Shown piece after piece: positions 39,541-50,600 of a DNA stretch of 59,217 nt (position 1 is the stretch's first letter; every line of letters begins with the position of its first letter). The notes under the pieces are model-generated. The model was not told the origin of the DNA, did no database searches, and worked only from the letters and a program-made list of their open reading frames with translations. The DNA is from a bacterium (lineage in GTDB: Bacteria > Patescibacteriota > Patescibacteriia > 2-01-FULL-39-33). The translations under genes and the position numbers were made by a program. The stretch is taken from positions 1 through 59,217 of the forward strand of contig JBAXTU010000003.1 in NCBI GenBank assembly GCA_037130015.1. The letters are read 5' to 3'.

Positions 39541-39567
39541 AGACGGTTGTTCACAACCGTCTTTTTA
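39541..39567 (+). terminator. intrinsic terminator after the GT4 gene
   Basis: AGACGGTTG TTCA CAACCGTCT followed by TTTTT. Confidence 0.85.
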
Positions 39568-39648
39568 TGTTATAATAAATGTAAATTAAATTATTTTACA
39601 TATCAACAGGCGATAATTTATTCGCCTAATTTAAACATACATACGAAG

Positions 39649-42600
39649 GTGGCAACTAAAAAAGCCCCAATCAAAAAGTTATTGGCCAAACGGCCGGCAA
39701 AACAGGTTAAAAAAGCTATTAAAAATAGCAATTTGACCAAGCCGAGCCGTGCTTTGCTTTCTGAAAAAACAAAGCCGGAAAGCGAGGAGAATGTGCCACT
39801 TCCTCTGAACAAGCAAAAAGAAATCGTTATTAAGATTAGCGATAGTCCCATGGACATTTACACTTCGCCCCATGTTTTGGATTTATCGCAAACACGATTT
39901 ATTGAAAAAGTCAGACCACCAGAAGAATTGGCCAGCAATGATTACAGTGATTTGCCAGGTGGAGAAATGCTGGAAAAATTTTATTTTTTTGAATTTTGGG
40001 ATTTTGAAAAAAGCGAAGTTTTGAATTTTTTTAAAAATTTTGGGCGGAATGTCTTACATTGGCGTGAAAAAGTATTTCCGCGTTTGGAATTATTGCCAAA
40101 AACTCCAGCCATAGACAAAGAAAAAATACATTTGCCAGATAGTAGCTTGGCTACTTGGCAAGAAGTGTCTATTATTAACTTATTTTTGTTTATTTTTAGC
40201 GTCTTTAATAAGATTTTTTCTACCATTAAAGATCTTCGTTTTTATTTTTCTAAATCAGCAGAACCTGAAGATGAGGAAATTGAATTTAATCAAAAAGAAA
40301 TTTTGCCAGAGGAACTGACTAAAGCCCTTAAGTCTCCAGGCATGTTGGAGTTGGAACGTCAAATTTTAGCTGAAGTTGCAGTTGACGAAATGTGGGCTCA
40401 TTATCAAAATCTTGGTGTTATGAAAAGAGCTAATGAGCCTATTTTTGAAGAAGAAATTAAGTCTAAAAACCCCAAAGAAGAATTATTCAAAGATTTTTTT
40501 GGTTCAGCTCAGACGCCGGTTTTTCCTGTTCAGCCACTCAAACCGGTTGGACCTAATATTTTTCAAAGAATGCGCTTATCTTTGGCTGAATGGATCAAGC
40601 CAAAAGAGCGGGTAAAAAGAGAATCAAAATTAAAATTCAGTTGGTCTTTAGGTTTTGAAAAAGCTATTTTCAAAAAACCGAATTTTCAGATGCCACATAT
40701 TCCTAGACCTCATTTGCCACACATGCCACACATGGAAATGCCTCATTTTGAAATGCCAGAAGTGCATTTACCTAATATTTCCATGCCCCAAATCAAAATG
40801 CCACATTTTGAAATGCCACACATGGAAATGCCAGAAGTGCATTTGCCAGAAATTAATTGGCCCAAATTTAACGGCCGAAAATATTACGATTGGCAAATCA
40901 AGCAAATCAGTTCTTGGCGTGTGGCTGTCAGACCAACTTTGATTTTTGCTTTGATAATTATTGTGGCGGTTATTTTGCCCATTAAAGGTATGGCTTATTG
41001 GCAAAAAATAAATTCAGCTAAAGGTGAAATTTTAGGCCAAGCTAAAGAAGCTTTGACCAATATGAAATCAGCTCAAACCGAGCTTTTCAAGTTTGATGTT
41101 CAAGGTGCTCAAAGCTATATGACTGTTGCTAATAGTAATTTTGTTTCGGCTCAGAACCAACTGGAAGATGTCAGATCTTTTTTTACTGATTTAGCTGAAA
41201 TTTCTCCCATCAATAATAGCTTCAAAAGTGGCAAAAATTTATTGGAATTAGGACAGCATTTGTCCACGGCTGGCGAGCATTTATTGATTGGAGTTGAATT
41301 ATTAAAACAGCCGACAGATGGCAAATTGACTGAAAAAATAAAAGGTTTTCAAAAAGAAAATCAAATTGTAATGGCCGAGCTTGGTATTGCTCAAACTAAT
41401 TTGCAGAATATTGATGCCAAATATTTGCCCGAAGAACAGCGCGCACAATTTTTGGAACTCAAAGATAAGATGCCACAACTAATGGAAGCTTTGCAAAAAT
41501 TTCAAGGCTTGACTGATTTTGCTATTAATTTTTTGGGTGATAATGATATCCGTCGTTATTTGGTTATTTTTCAAAATAGCAACGAGCTTCGTGCCAGTGG
41601 CGGTTTTATGGGCAGTTTTTCGCTTGTTGATTTTAAATCAGGACAAGTCAAAAATTTGCAATTGCCAAGCGGTGGCACTTATGATGTGCGCGCAGGTTTG
41701 AATCAATTATTGCAAGCGCCTCAGCCGTTGCAAATAGTTAATGCACGTTGGGAATTCCAAGACACCAACTGGTGGCCTGATTGGCCGACCACTGCCGAAA
41801 AAGTCAGCTGGTTTTATGAAAAAAGCGGTGGCCCCACAGTTGATGGTATTATTGCTATTAATTCTCAATGGCTAGGTGAAATTTTAAAAATTGTCGGCGA
41901 TGTGCCCATGCCAGAATACAACAAAATTATCACGGCTGATAATTATGAAATGGAATTGCAAAAAAGTGTAGAAATTCAATATGCTGATAAAAAAGCGCCC
42001 AAAAAGATTTTGTCAGATTTGGCGCCAAAGCTTTTGGAAAAGTTATTAAAAGTCCAGCCTGATAAATTTTTGAATTTAATGTTGGCTGTTAAGAGTGGTT
42101 TGGATCAAAAAAATATTATGATGTATTTATCTAATTCTGATCAAGAAAAATTTGCATCTGACAATAATTGGGACGGCAGACAAAAAGATGCTGGCGGTGA
42201 TTATTTGAATGTGGTAGCCACTAATATTGGTGGTGGTAAAACAGATAATGTGATCAACCAAAACATTTATCATCAAGCCAAGATCATGCCTGATGGCTCA
42301 ATTATTGATAGTGTGGTGATTTCTCGTTATCATTTTGGTCCTATAGATGATATTTTTACCACTCATTTTAATCGCAGTTATTTGCGTGTTTATGTGCCAG
42401 AAGGCAGTAAGCTCATCAAGGCTGTGGGATTTGAAGCGCCAGAAGCTAATACTTACAAAAAAATTGATGATTATTTGCAAGTTGATCCTGCTCTTATAAA
42501 TGAAAACACAGCCACAATTGATGCTTCTTCCCAAACAAAAATTTATACTGAAAACGGTAAAACCGTTTTTGCTAATTGGATGACTCTAAAACCAGGCCAG

Positions 42601-42927
42601 ACTCAAGAAGCAGTTTTGACTTATCAATTGCCATTTAAACTAACAAAATTGCCAACGCCAACATCCAGTCCTGATTTGATTGGAAGAATAAAAAATGCTT
42701 TTGCTCCGGCAACCAATGTTAATTATGAGTCGTATAGTTTATTAATTCAAAAACAATCAGGCAGTCGCAATAATTCCATTATCAGTGGTTTGTCTTATGC
42801 TGATAATTTGCAACCGGTCATTGATTATCCTCAAGAATTGATAAGTGACGAAGCCAACAGAGAAACCACCTTCAAAAGCACGCTAGATACTGACAAGTTT
42901 TATTTTGTAGGTTTCAAGTCAAAATAA
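39649..42927 (+). CDS. large DUF4012 domain membrane protein with a long N-terminal extension
   Basis: Signature LVIFQNSNELRASGGFMGSFS and QDTNWWPDWP after a TM helix (PTLIFALIIIVAVILPI). The ORF-track start at 39547 lies inside the upstream terminator, so I used the in-frame GTG at 39649 (VATKKAPIKK...). The start remains uncertain. Confidence 0.78.
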   Translation: MATKKAPIKKLLAKRPAKQVKKAIKNSNLTKPSRALLSEKTKPESEENVPLPLNKQKEIVIKISDSPMDIYTSPHVLDLSQTRFIEKVRPPEELASNDYSDLPGGEMLEKFYFFEFWDFEKSEVLNFFKNFGRNVLHWREKVFPRLELLPKTPAIDKEKIHLPDSSLATWQEVSIINLFLFIFSVFNKIFSTIKDLRFYFSKSAEPEDEEIEFNQKEILPEELTKALKSPGMLELERQILAEVAVDEMWAHYQNLGVMKRANEPIFEEEIKSKNPKEELFKDFFGSAQTPVFPVQPLKPVGPNIFQRMRLSLAEWIKPKERVKRESKLKFSWSLGFEKAIFKKPNFQMPHIPRPHLPHMPHMEMPHFEMPEVHLPNISMPQIKMPHFEMPHMEMPEVHLPEINWPKFNGRKYYDWQIKQISSWRVAVRPTLIFALIIIVAVILPIKGMAYWQKINSAKGEILGQAKEALTNMKSAQTELFKFDVQGAQSYMTVANSNFVSAQNQLEDVRSFFTDLAEISPINNSFKSGKNLLELGQHLSTAGEHLLIGVELLKQPTDGKLTEKIKGFQKENQIVMAELGIAQTNLQNIDAKYLPEEQRAQFLELKDKMPQLMEALQKFQGLTDFAINFLGDNDIRRYLVIFQNSNELRASGGFMGSFSLVDFKSGQVKNLQLPSGGTYDVRAGLNQLLQAPQPLQIVNARWEFQDTNWWPDWPTTAEKVSWFYEKSGGPTVDGIIAINSQWLGEILKIVGDVPMPEYNKIITADNYEMELQKSVEIQYADKKAPKKILSDLAPKLLEKLLKVQPDKFLNLMLAVKSGLDQKNIMMYLSNSDQEKFASDNNWDGRQKDAGGDYLNVVATNIGGGKTDNVINQNIYHQAKIMPDGSIIDSVVISRYHFGPIDDIFTTHFNRSYLRVYVPEGSKLIKAVGFEAPEANTYKKIDDYLQVDPALINENTATIDASSQTKIYTENGKTVFANWMTLKPGQTQEAVLTYQLPFKLTKLPTPTSSPDLIGRIKNAFAPATNVNYESYSLLIQKQSGSRNNSIISGLSYADNLQPVIDYPQELISDEANRETTFKSTLDTDKFYFVGFKSK
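40690..40850 (+). repeat. in-frame Met/His/Pro-rich short tandem repeats
   Basis: Encodes MPHIPRPHLPHMPHMEMPHFEMPEVHLPNISMPQIKMPHFEMPHMEMPEVHLPE. The DNA repeats ATGCCACACATGGAAATGCC and GAAGTGCATTT(A/G)CC. Confidence 0.85.
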
Positions 42928-42956
42928 TCATTTATAATATATATAATTTTAAAATT

Positions 42957-44948
42957 ATGCCACCAGAAAAAAAACAATCAAATTCGTCAGATGACAATTT
43001 TGACGCCAAGAAAGTTTTTACCACTAGCGACATCACCACGATGGATGATGATGAGGCTTATTTGATTGCCAAAAAAAATAACCCTCGTTTTATCCAGCCG
43101 ACTAGGACGCCCGATCAAAAGAAAAAAAATATCCAGCGCGGTTTGGCCGAGGTTTATACTGATGGCGATGGAGAAATTCCAGATCTGAGCAAATTAGAAA
43201 ATGGTAATAGGCCATTGTGGAAAACTATTTTGTACACCTTGATTGTAATTTTGATTGTGTTGTTTAGCGCGGCTGCGGCTGGTTTTTATATTTTTAATAA
43301 TCTCATGAAAGGTGACAGTTTTACTAATGAAAATGTTTTGCTAAAAATTCAGCCACCTCTAACTTTAGTTTCCGGTGCCGATGGCGATTATGTGGTCACT
43401 ATCACTAATAAAGAAAAAGTCAATTTATATGATTTGAAATTGCAAATTATATATCCCGACAGTTTTGTTTTTGGCAGTGCTGACCCCAAGCCCATGGGAG
43501 ATGGCAATAATATTTGGAATTTTAGTATTTTAAAAGCCGGTGAATCGCTCCGTGTTAATTTAAAAGGCAAAGCCGTGGCTTCGCTCAGCTCAGCGCTTAC
43601 TTTCAGAGCTGATTTGGATTTCAAGCCAGCTGATCTTAATGCCACTTATCGTCAAGAAGCTATTATAGATTTAACAATAACTTCTTCTATCATTGGTTTG
43701 TCAGTCATTGGACCGGAAACTGCTCTATCAAAAGACAATGTTGAATATGATATTAAATATCAAAATACCGGAATTGATGATTTGTCTGATTTACAAATCG
43801 TGGTTGATTATCCGGCTGGTTTTATCTTTGGTTCTTCCACACCAATTGCGCAAGCTGGCAATAGCAATACTTGGGTTGTGGATAAGTTAAAAGCCAGTTC
43901 CACTGGAGAAATAAAAATTGGTGGAAATTATTCGGCCACTGAGGCTACTGGAAATCAAGAGTTTAAAGTGCGAGTGCAACTCAAAAACAAAGGTGATTAT
44001 TATCCGCAAAGCGAGCAGTCAGTGGTGACTAATGTGATCAAGGATCAATTGAGTTTGCAACTTATTGCCAATGGTTCGGCTCAGGATCAACCAATTAATT
44101 TTGGCGACATGCTTATTTATTCTATTAATTTTAAAAATACCGGACAAGATATTATTCAAAGCGCTAAGGTGGTTTTGACTTTGGATTCGCAAATAGTTGA
44201 TTGGGATACTCTTGCTGATGAACATCGTGGCGTGGCCGATGCTGGAAAAGGCACAATCACCTGGACTGGACGCAATGTGCCTCAGCTTTTGAAATTAGCT
44301 CAAGGTGAGGAGGGAACTATTTCTGTTTCTGTGAGATTAAAGGATTTTGCCACGGCCAAAGCTGATAATGTTAGTAAGTATAGCGTAGAAAGTTCAGTAG
44401 AAGCTACAGGCGCCCAAGCCAGTGGTATTAGTGTTGATGTTAAAAGTAATAGTATTACAAATGCTATTAATTCAGATCTGACCTTTGTGTCTGGAGCCAA
44501 ATATTATAATAGTGATAATATTGCTTTGGGACTCGGACCAATTACTCCAAAAAACGGGGAAGTGTCCAGTTATAATATTGAAATGAATGTTGGTAATAAT
44601 ATTCATGATATTAGTGATGGTAAAGTAGTAATCACTTTGCCAAAGGGTGTGGCTTGGGCCAATAATACCAGCGCCGACAGGGGAGATATTGTCTATAATA
44701 GCAAAACCAATCAGGCGATTTGGGCTATCGGCGATTTGGCAAAATCAAATGGATTGATTTCTGGATCGTTTAATGTCAGTATTCAGCCAACCAGCAATGA
44801 TGTTGGCAAGGTTTTACTTTTGGTTTCTGATGCTACCTTGACCGCCAAAGATGGTGTGACTGGTGCTACCATGAAAAAGAGTGTTAAAGCTATCACTACG
44901 GCGTTTGAAGATCCGATTTTGGGACAATTGGGCGGAATGGTTGAATAA
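42957..44948 (+). CDS. membrane-anchored protein with repeated DUF11/CARDB-like beta-sandwich domains
   Basis: 663 aa with one TM (LYTLIVILIVLFSAAAAGFYIF), then several ~100-aa segments of the pattern Y.I.Y.N.G...L.....V....P.GF. The family assignment is tentative. Confidence 0.65.
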   Translation: MPPEKKQSNSSDDNFDAKKVFTTSDITTMDDDEAYLIAKKNNPRFIQPTRTPDQKKKNIQRGLAEVYTDGDGEIPDLSKLENGNRPLWKTILYTLIVILIVLFSAAAAGFYIFNNLMKGDSFTNENVLLKIQPPLTLVSGADGDYVVTITNKEKVNLYDLKLQIIYPDSFVFGSADPKPMGDGNNIWNFSILKAGESLRVNLKGKAVASLSSALTFRADLDFKPADLNATYRQEAIIDLTITSSIIGLSVIGPETALSKDNVEYDIKYQNTGIDDLSDLQIVVDYPAGFIFGSSTPIAQAGNSNTWVVDKLKASSTGEIKIGGNYSATEATGNQEFKVRVQLKNKGDYYPQSEQSVVTNVIKDQLSLQLIANGSAQDQPINFGDMLIYSINFKNTGQDIIQSAKVVLTLDSQIVDWDTLADEHRGVADAGKGTITWTGRNVPQLLKLAQGEEGTISVSVRLKDFATAKADNVSKYSVESSVEATGAQASGISVDVKSNSITNAINSDLTFVSGAKYYNSDNIALGLGPITPKNGEVSSYNIEMNVGNNIHDISDGKVVITLPKGVAWANNTSADRGDIVYNSKTNQAIWAIGDLAKSNGLISGSFNVSIQPTSNDVGKVLLLVSDATLTAKDGVTGATMKKSVKAITTAFEDPILGQLGGMVE

Positions 44949-44957
44949 AAAATAAAA

Positions 44958-46037
44958 ATGTTTAAACTTTTAAAAAAATCAAATAAATCTCAAGCGCGCT
45001 TGGGCAGTCTTAAAACTGCGCATGGTATTTTACCAACGCCGTTTTTTATGCCCATTGCCACCAAAGCGGCTGTCAAAAATTTGACGGCTGATGATATTAA
45101 AGTTTTGGGTTCGCCAATTTTGTTGTCCAATACTTATCATTTATATCTCACGCCTGGCATGGAAGTTATGAAGATGGCCGGCGGACTGCACAAATTTATG
45201 GATTGGAATGGCGCCATTCTGACAGACAGTGGCGGGTTTCAAGTTTTTTCATTATCAAAAATAAGAAAACTTCTGCCTGGTGGTGTGGAATTTCGTTCGC
45301 ATTTGGATGGTAGCAAGCACATACTCACGCCGAAAAAAGTTTTGGAAATTCAAAAAATAATAGGTTCGGATATTGCCATGATTCTGGATGTTTGCCCGCC
45401 ATCAATGGCCAAAAGGGAAGAAGTGGCTGAAGCTGTTAAACTCACGTCTAAATGGGCAAAAATGGCCAAACAAGCCATTATGAAAGGCAATTTTGGAAAC
45501 AAACAATTACATTTTGGAATTATTCAGGGTGGAATTTTTAGGGATCTAAGAGAAAAAAGTTTAAAAGAATTAGTTGATTTGAATTTTGATGGTTATGCTG
45601 TTGGCGGATTGGCCGTGGGTGAAACTAATCATGAAATGTACGAAGTCTTGGATTATTTGACGCCACTTATGCCAGAGAAAAAACCTCGCTATCTTATGGG
45701 TGTGGGCACACCGGAAAATATTATTGAAGCTGTAAAAAGGGGAGTGGATATGTTTGATTGTGTTATTCCGACTCGTGAAGCCAGACATGGAAGATTATAT
45801 TGTTTTCTTGGCAAGGGTTTGAAGTATGAGACAATTAATATGACCAATGCCAAATATAAAAACGATTTTTCGTCAATCAATAACACTAATTTAAAAAAAT
45901 ATTCCAAAGCTTATTTGCATCATTTGTTCAAAACCGGTGAACCTCTAGCCATGCGACTGGCCACCTTGAATAATTTGGATTTTTATCTTAAGCTGATGGC
46001 GTGTATTAGACAAGATATTCTAAAAGGCAAAATATGA
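44958..46037 (+). CDS. tgt: tRNA-guanine transglycosylase (queuine/preQ1 tRNA-ribosyltransferase)
   Basis: Carries TPFFMPIATKAAVK, LTDSGGFQV, LDVCPP, GGLAVGE and DMFDCVIPTR. The usual CxCxxC...H zinc site appears absent (see findings). Confidence 0.9.
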   Translation: MFKLLKKSNKSQARLGSLKTAHGILPTPFFMPIATKAAVKNLTADDIKVLGSPILLSNTYHLYLTPGMEVMKMAGGLHKFMDWNGAILTDSGGFQVFSLSKIRKLLPGGVEFRSHLDGSKHILTPKKVLEIQKIIGSDIAMILDVCPPSMAKREEVAEAVKLTSKWAKMAKQAIMKGNFGNKQLHFGIIQGGIFRDLREKSLKELVDLNFDGYAVGGLAVGETNHEMYEVLDYLTPLMPEKKPRYLMGVGTPENIIEAVKRGVDMFDCVIPTREARHGRLYCFLGKGLKYETINMTNAKYKNDFSSINNTNLKKYSKAYLHHLFKTGEPLAMRLATLNNLDFYLKLMACIRQDILKGKI

Positions 46038-47095
46038 TGAATAGTAATATTTTTAATCTGACAAATTTATTGGCAATATTGATTAGCTTGGCTATTTCGG
46101 TTGTTTTGGTGCCTTTAGTTATTAAATTGGCAGTTAAAAATGGGGCTGTGGATAACCCCAAATCAGCAAGTAGAAAAATTCATCAACTGCCCACACCGCT
46201 ACTGGGCGGTTTGCCGATTTTTATTTCTTTTTTTATTGGTTTGTTTGTGTTTCGTTTTTTTGGTTTAGCAAATTTTTCTTTGATTTCTGATAATTTTATT
46301 TTGGCTCTTTTTATTTCTTCATTATTAATTATGATTGGTGGTGTGCTTGATGATAAATATTCACTTCGGCCGTGGCAACAAATCATTTGGCCCATTGGGG
46401 CGACATTAGTGGTTTTATTGGCCGGCATGCGCATCGGTTATATTTCCAATCCTTTTGGCACAGAGCTTAATACCATTATTTATTTATCGCCAATATTTGG
46501 CATGATTTTGTCATTTTTTTGGCTGATGGGCATGATGTATACCACCAAATTTTTGGATGGTCTTGATGGATTGGTGGCTGGTATTAGTATGATTGCATCA
46601 GCAGTAATTTTTTTCCTGTCACAAAATTGGGACGTCCAAAATTCAGCCACTGGCGTTATGGCGCTTTTACTTCTTGGTGCCACGCTTGGTTTTTGGATTT
46701 TTAATTGGCGACCAGCCAAGATTTTTCTTGGTGAAGGTGGCAGTATTTTTTTGGGTTTTATTCTTGGCGTGCTGTCCATTATTTCCGGATCAAAAATCAG
46801 CACCACTTTGCTGGTTATGGGTATTCCGGCTTTGGATGTGTTGTGGGTGATTATTCAGCGCTTGTCTCATCATGAATCGCCATTTTCTCATGCTGATAAA
46901 AAACATTTGCATTTCCGTTTGTTGGATTTGGGTTTTTCCAAAGTTGGCGCTGTGCTATTTTTATATTTCGTGGCTTTGTCTTTTGGATTAATTGCCGTTT
47001 GGAGTGACAGTTGGGGCAAGATTATTGGATTGTTTGTCCTATTACTTATAATGATTTTTTTAATTACCTATACTTATAAAAATAATAAAAAATAA
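46034..47095 (+). CDS. MraY/WecA-family polyprenyl-phosphate N-acetylhexosamine-1-phosphate transferase
   Basis: 353 aa and polytopic. Contains DNPKSASRKIHQLPTPLLGG, DDKYSLRPWQ, FLDGLDGL and FLGEGGS motifs. The ATGA overlaps tgt. Confidence 0.87.
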   Translation: MMNSNIFNLTNLLAILISLAISVVLVPLVIKLAVKNGAVDNPKSASRKIHQLPTPLLGGLPIFISFFIGLFVFRFFGLANFSLISDNFILALFISSLLIMIGGVLDDKYSLRPWQQIIWPIGATLVVLLAGMRIGYISNPFGTELNTIIYLSPIFGMILSFFWLMGMMYTTKFLDGLDGLVAGISMIASAVIFFLSQNWDVQNSATGVMALLLLGATLGFWIFNWRPAKIFLGEGGSIFLGFILGVLSIISGSKISTTLLVMGIPALDVLWVIIQRLSHHESPFSHADKKHLHFRLLDLGFSKVGAVLFLYFVALSFGLIAVWSDSWGKIIGLFVLLLIMIFLITYTYKNNKK

Positions 47096-47100
47096 AATTT

Positions 47101-47622
47101 ATGCCAACAATAGAAACAAAAACAGCAGTTGTTAAAGGACTTAATTTACTCACGGCCATTGCAGTGGGCGCCACTTTGTTTTTTTCTTTTTACTCTTTAG
47201 TAGTGATGAGATTAAATATAAATAGTTCTGACCAATCAGTCCCCGGTCAATTAGCTTCAGGACAAAAAATTATTTCAATTGGCACCCATAAATTTAAAGT
47301 TGATGTTGCTAGTGATGATATTAGTCGCGCCATTGGATTGAGTGGTCGTGCTTCTTTGTCTGCTAATGAAGGTATGTTGTTTGATTTTGGCACTTCTTAT
47401 TCGCCGTATTTTCATATGAGAGGCATGCTTTTCCCGTTGGATATTATTTGGATTACTAATAATAAGGTGTCTGGTTTTGAAAAAAATGCGCCCATAGCCA
47501 AAGAAGGAGAAGAAACAAAATATTACAGGCCAGGTTTTGGCTATGTAGAGTATGCTTTAGAGGTTAATGCTGGTACAGTTGATAGTTTAGGTATTAAAGT
47601 TGATGATGGATTTAGTTTTTAA
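47101..47622 (+). CDS. DUF192 domain protein, membrane-anchored
   Basis: N-terminal TM, then GLSGRASLSANEGMLFDF...MRGMLFPLDIIWI, typical of DUF192. Confidence 0.8.
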   Translation: MPTIETKTAVVKGLNLLTAIAVGATLFFSFYSLVVMRLNINSSDQSVPGQLASGQKIISIGTHKFKVDVASDDISRAIGLSGRASLSANEGMLFDFGTSYSPYFHMRGMLFPLDIIWITNNKVSGFEKNAPIAKEGEETKYYRPGFGYVEYALEVNAGTVDSLGIKVDDGFSF

Positions 47623-47646
47623 TTTTATTATCAAAAAATAATTTTT

Positions 47647-50600
47647 ATGCCAAAAAGGGAGGGCTTGGCTCCAATTGTTAAAAGTAAAGAAATAAAATCA
47701 GTCAAAGAAATCGCGCCACTAGGCGAGCAGGTGGGTTTGTTGTTGAATAAAATTACGGAATTAAACAGAGAGCAAGACCGAAGTCAGATTGTGGAATTGG
47801 CGGCAAGAGTTTTTGAAAATTCAGTGGAAGATGGCTTAAAACTGGCTGAAAAGTTGCGACTCACGCCAATAGAATTGCAAGAAATTATCAAACGCAAAAC
47901 TTTTATTGTCAAGCATGGTGAGTTTTATAATAATGTTGTTAGTGAGATAATGCGCAAGGAAGATATCAAAAATGAACACAACTTGGATCAGTTGATTGCC
48001 TTGCGCAATGATTATCGGGCCAGCAGAGATAATTTTTCCGTGGAGAACTTTTTGGCAGAAGAAAAAAAACAACAGCAACGAGTCAAATTATTTGCGCCGG
48101 AAATAAAAGATGTTAGTCGTGAACTAGATCAGGTGTATGCCCAGTATTTGGCGCAAAGAGAATTGGCGTCAACAGATCAGCCCCAAACTGGCAGTCAGGG
48201 TGAAGTTATGGCTCGGCAAAATCTGCTCAAGGCTGAAAGGTATTTGAATGAAAACTATTTTTCCGGTCCGGCAAAAAAATTAATCACGACTTTGGCAGTT
48301 GAACAAGGTATTAGTCCGGCCAAAGTTGAGCAGGCACTGACAGATATTACAATGCCTGATTTTTGGTCTTTAAATGACATTGAAGAGGAAATAAAATTTT
48401 TCAAAATAAATATTAGCCGAGAGGAAATTAAAAAACGTCTCAAAGGCCAAGAATATGTCAGTGTCGTTTATGGATTTGAAAAAAAATTTACGGAAACACA
48501 GTTAGTCAATGAATTAAATAAATCGCTAGTAGACACTGGACAACGCATTGAATTAAATTCCAAGACTGATAAATTTGAAGTGACGGGTGAAAAAAAGAAA
48601 GAAGAAAAACAAAAAGAAAAGGAAAATTTGGAAGCGAAAGTTTTTGACACCCCTACTGGCGGTGTGAGATTTGAATTTGCTTCTTATAGAACTATGTCAT
48701 TTGAATTTTACAAAGAAAAAAATGGCCTATGGAATTTGGAACAAAGAAGCGATGTTTATGGAAAAGATATTCGTCCGCCAAAATTTTTGATTAAAGATCC
48801 TTTTAAATATTTTGATATTAAAAAAATTCAAGATATAAATTTGTCCGATGATGGAAAAGAATTAGGGGTTGTTGGTTTTAATAATAATGACGAAATCGGC
48901 GCTCAGGTGGTCAAATTACCACCAGAAACCATTGAAGATTTAAAAAAAGCTAAAAAAATTGTGGCTGAAATTGATGGAGAAAGTGCCGAACAAAGAAAAG
49001 TGGGGGAGATTCAGGAGATTTATGAAAGAGAAGTCACGGAAGAAGCAATATCTTTTGAAGCTTATCCCAAAATCAAATTTCAATTTTTGAAAGCAAATGA
49101 TTTTGATTTATTTTGGGATGGTTGGTGTATCCCTTCGCAAGGAGAGGCAATGCATCTCGCTTTAGTAAGTTCTTTGTCTGTTGAAGATTTTGTTAAATTT
49201 ATTCATGTCGCTATTACTGATGATCAGTTTTTGGATATTTACGGCGAAAACGCTAAGGAAAATACTACAAGAAGACGAATCCAATTGCCCGATAATATTG
49301 TGGCTGAATTAAAAAAAGCCAAAGAACGGGCTGATCAGATAGAAGAAAACTCCGAAGCTAAAGAATTTGATTTGGAGAAATTTGAAGAAAAATCTTTGGA
49401 TTATATTGAGAAATTACTTAAAGCTGGTGCTGATAAAAATTTGGTCGCTACTGGTCTAGCTGGCTTAGACAGTGAACGAGCTTGGCAAATGCGAGATCAA
49501 TTTCTTAAAGATGGTGCTGATGAAGGTTTTGTCGCTAGAGGTTTAGCAGGCTTAGACAGTGAACGAGCTTGGCAGATGAGAAAACAATTACTTAAAGATA
49601 GTGCTGATAAAGGTTATGTCGCTTTGGGTCTAGCTGGCCTAAACAGTGAACAAGCTTGGCAGATGAGAGAACGATTTCTTAAAGATGGTGTTAGTAAAGA
49701 GTTTGTCGCTATTGGTCTAGCTGGCCTAGACAGTGAACAATCTTGGCAGATGAGAGATCAATTGCTTAAAGATGGTGCTAGTGAATGCTGGGTCGCCATG
49801 GGCTTAGCCGGTGATGAAACGACTTTTGTCTGGCGTTTAAAATATCAACACAAAAAATCAGAATCACCAGAATTATCCCCAGCCGACCAGCAAAAATTAG
49901 ATTTATTAAATTTAGTTCACCAGCCAACAGCAGAAGGTATTGAAGCTTGGCAAAAACCGGCAACATTAGAAAAAAAATTTATAGATGCCAAAAAGTCTCT
50001 GAGTTCTTCGCCGTCAATGGCACGTAGATTAACTGAAGCTTTAAAAAGCGCGCCTAAAAGTTTTTTGGATTATATGGGCGCTAAAAGTGACAAAAAGAAA
50101 ACCAGCAAAATATTGGCGCGCCGTTTGGCCGAGAAAATTTTTCCCGAAGCGTTTGTGGAAAAACATTACAATGGCTGGGGTGGCTATGGTGGGTTTGGTG
50201 GTGGTGAAGGTGGTCGTGGCGAGACTCAACCCAAACCAGCTGATTATTTATCGGGTAGAGCTAGTTTTGAATCATTTGGCGGTGGCCGTGAGCAATTAAA
50301 TGATACGCGTGAGATAATGGAATTTCGCCATGAGATTAACTGTATGGTAATTAAGGGTTTGTATGGCGATTATGATGAAAATTCCAATCGCTGGAACAAA
50401 TTGCATTTTGCGCTTAATAATGAAATGTCCCAGTCAACACTAGAAACAACTGTCACTTTGCCTGATGTTGGCAAAAATACCAAGGTTAATTTGCCCCATC
50501 CGCTGTATTCTCAAGTTATTAAAGAGCGAGTTAAAGGCATAGATAGTGCTGGCCTAGAAACGCCGATTGAGGCGGTGACGGAAGATTCTTTGGGCGAGGT

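Noticed and set aside
39547-39648. The ORF-track start (39547) for the giant DUF4012 protein gives an N-terminus of MFTTVFLCYNKCKL...
   Set aside because: That start lies inside the terminator hairpin of the upstream gene (39541-39567) and precedes a TATAAT-like box. The translated segment is junk-like. I preferred the GTG at 39649, which begins the Lys-rich tail, although the ATG at 39850 cannot be excluded.
49417-49815. The regular 87-nt repeats could superficially resemble a CRISPR-like array.
   Set aside because: The repeats are contiguous with no unique spacers, in frame, and translate to a coherent 29-aa protein repeat inside a 1394-aa ORF. No cas genes are present in the window.
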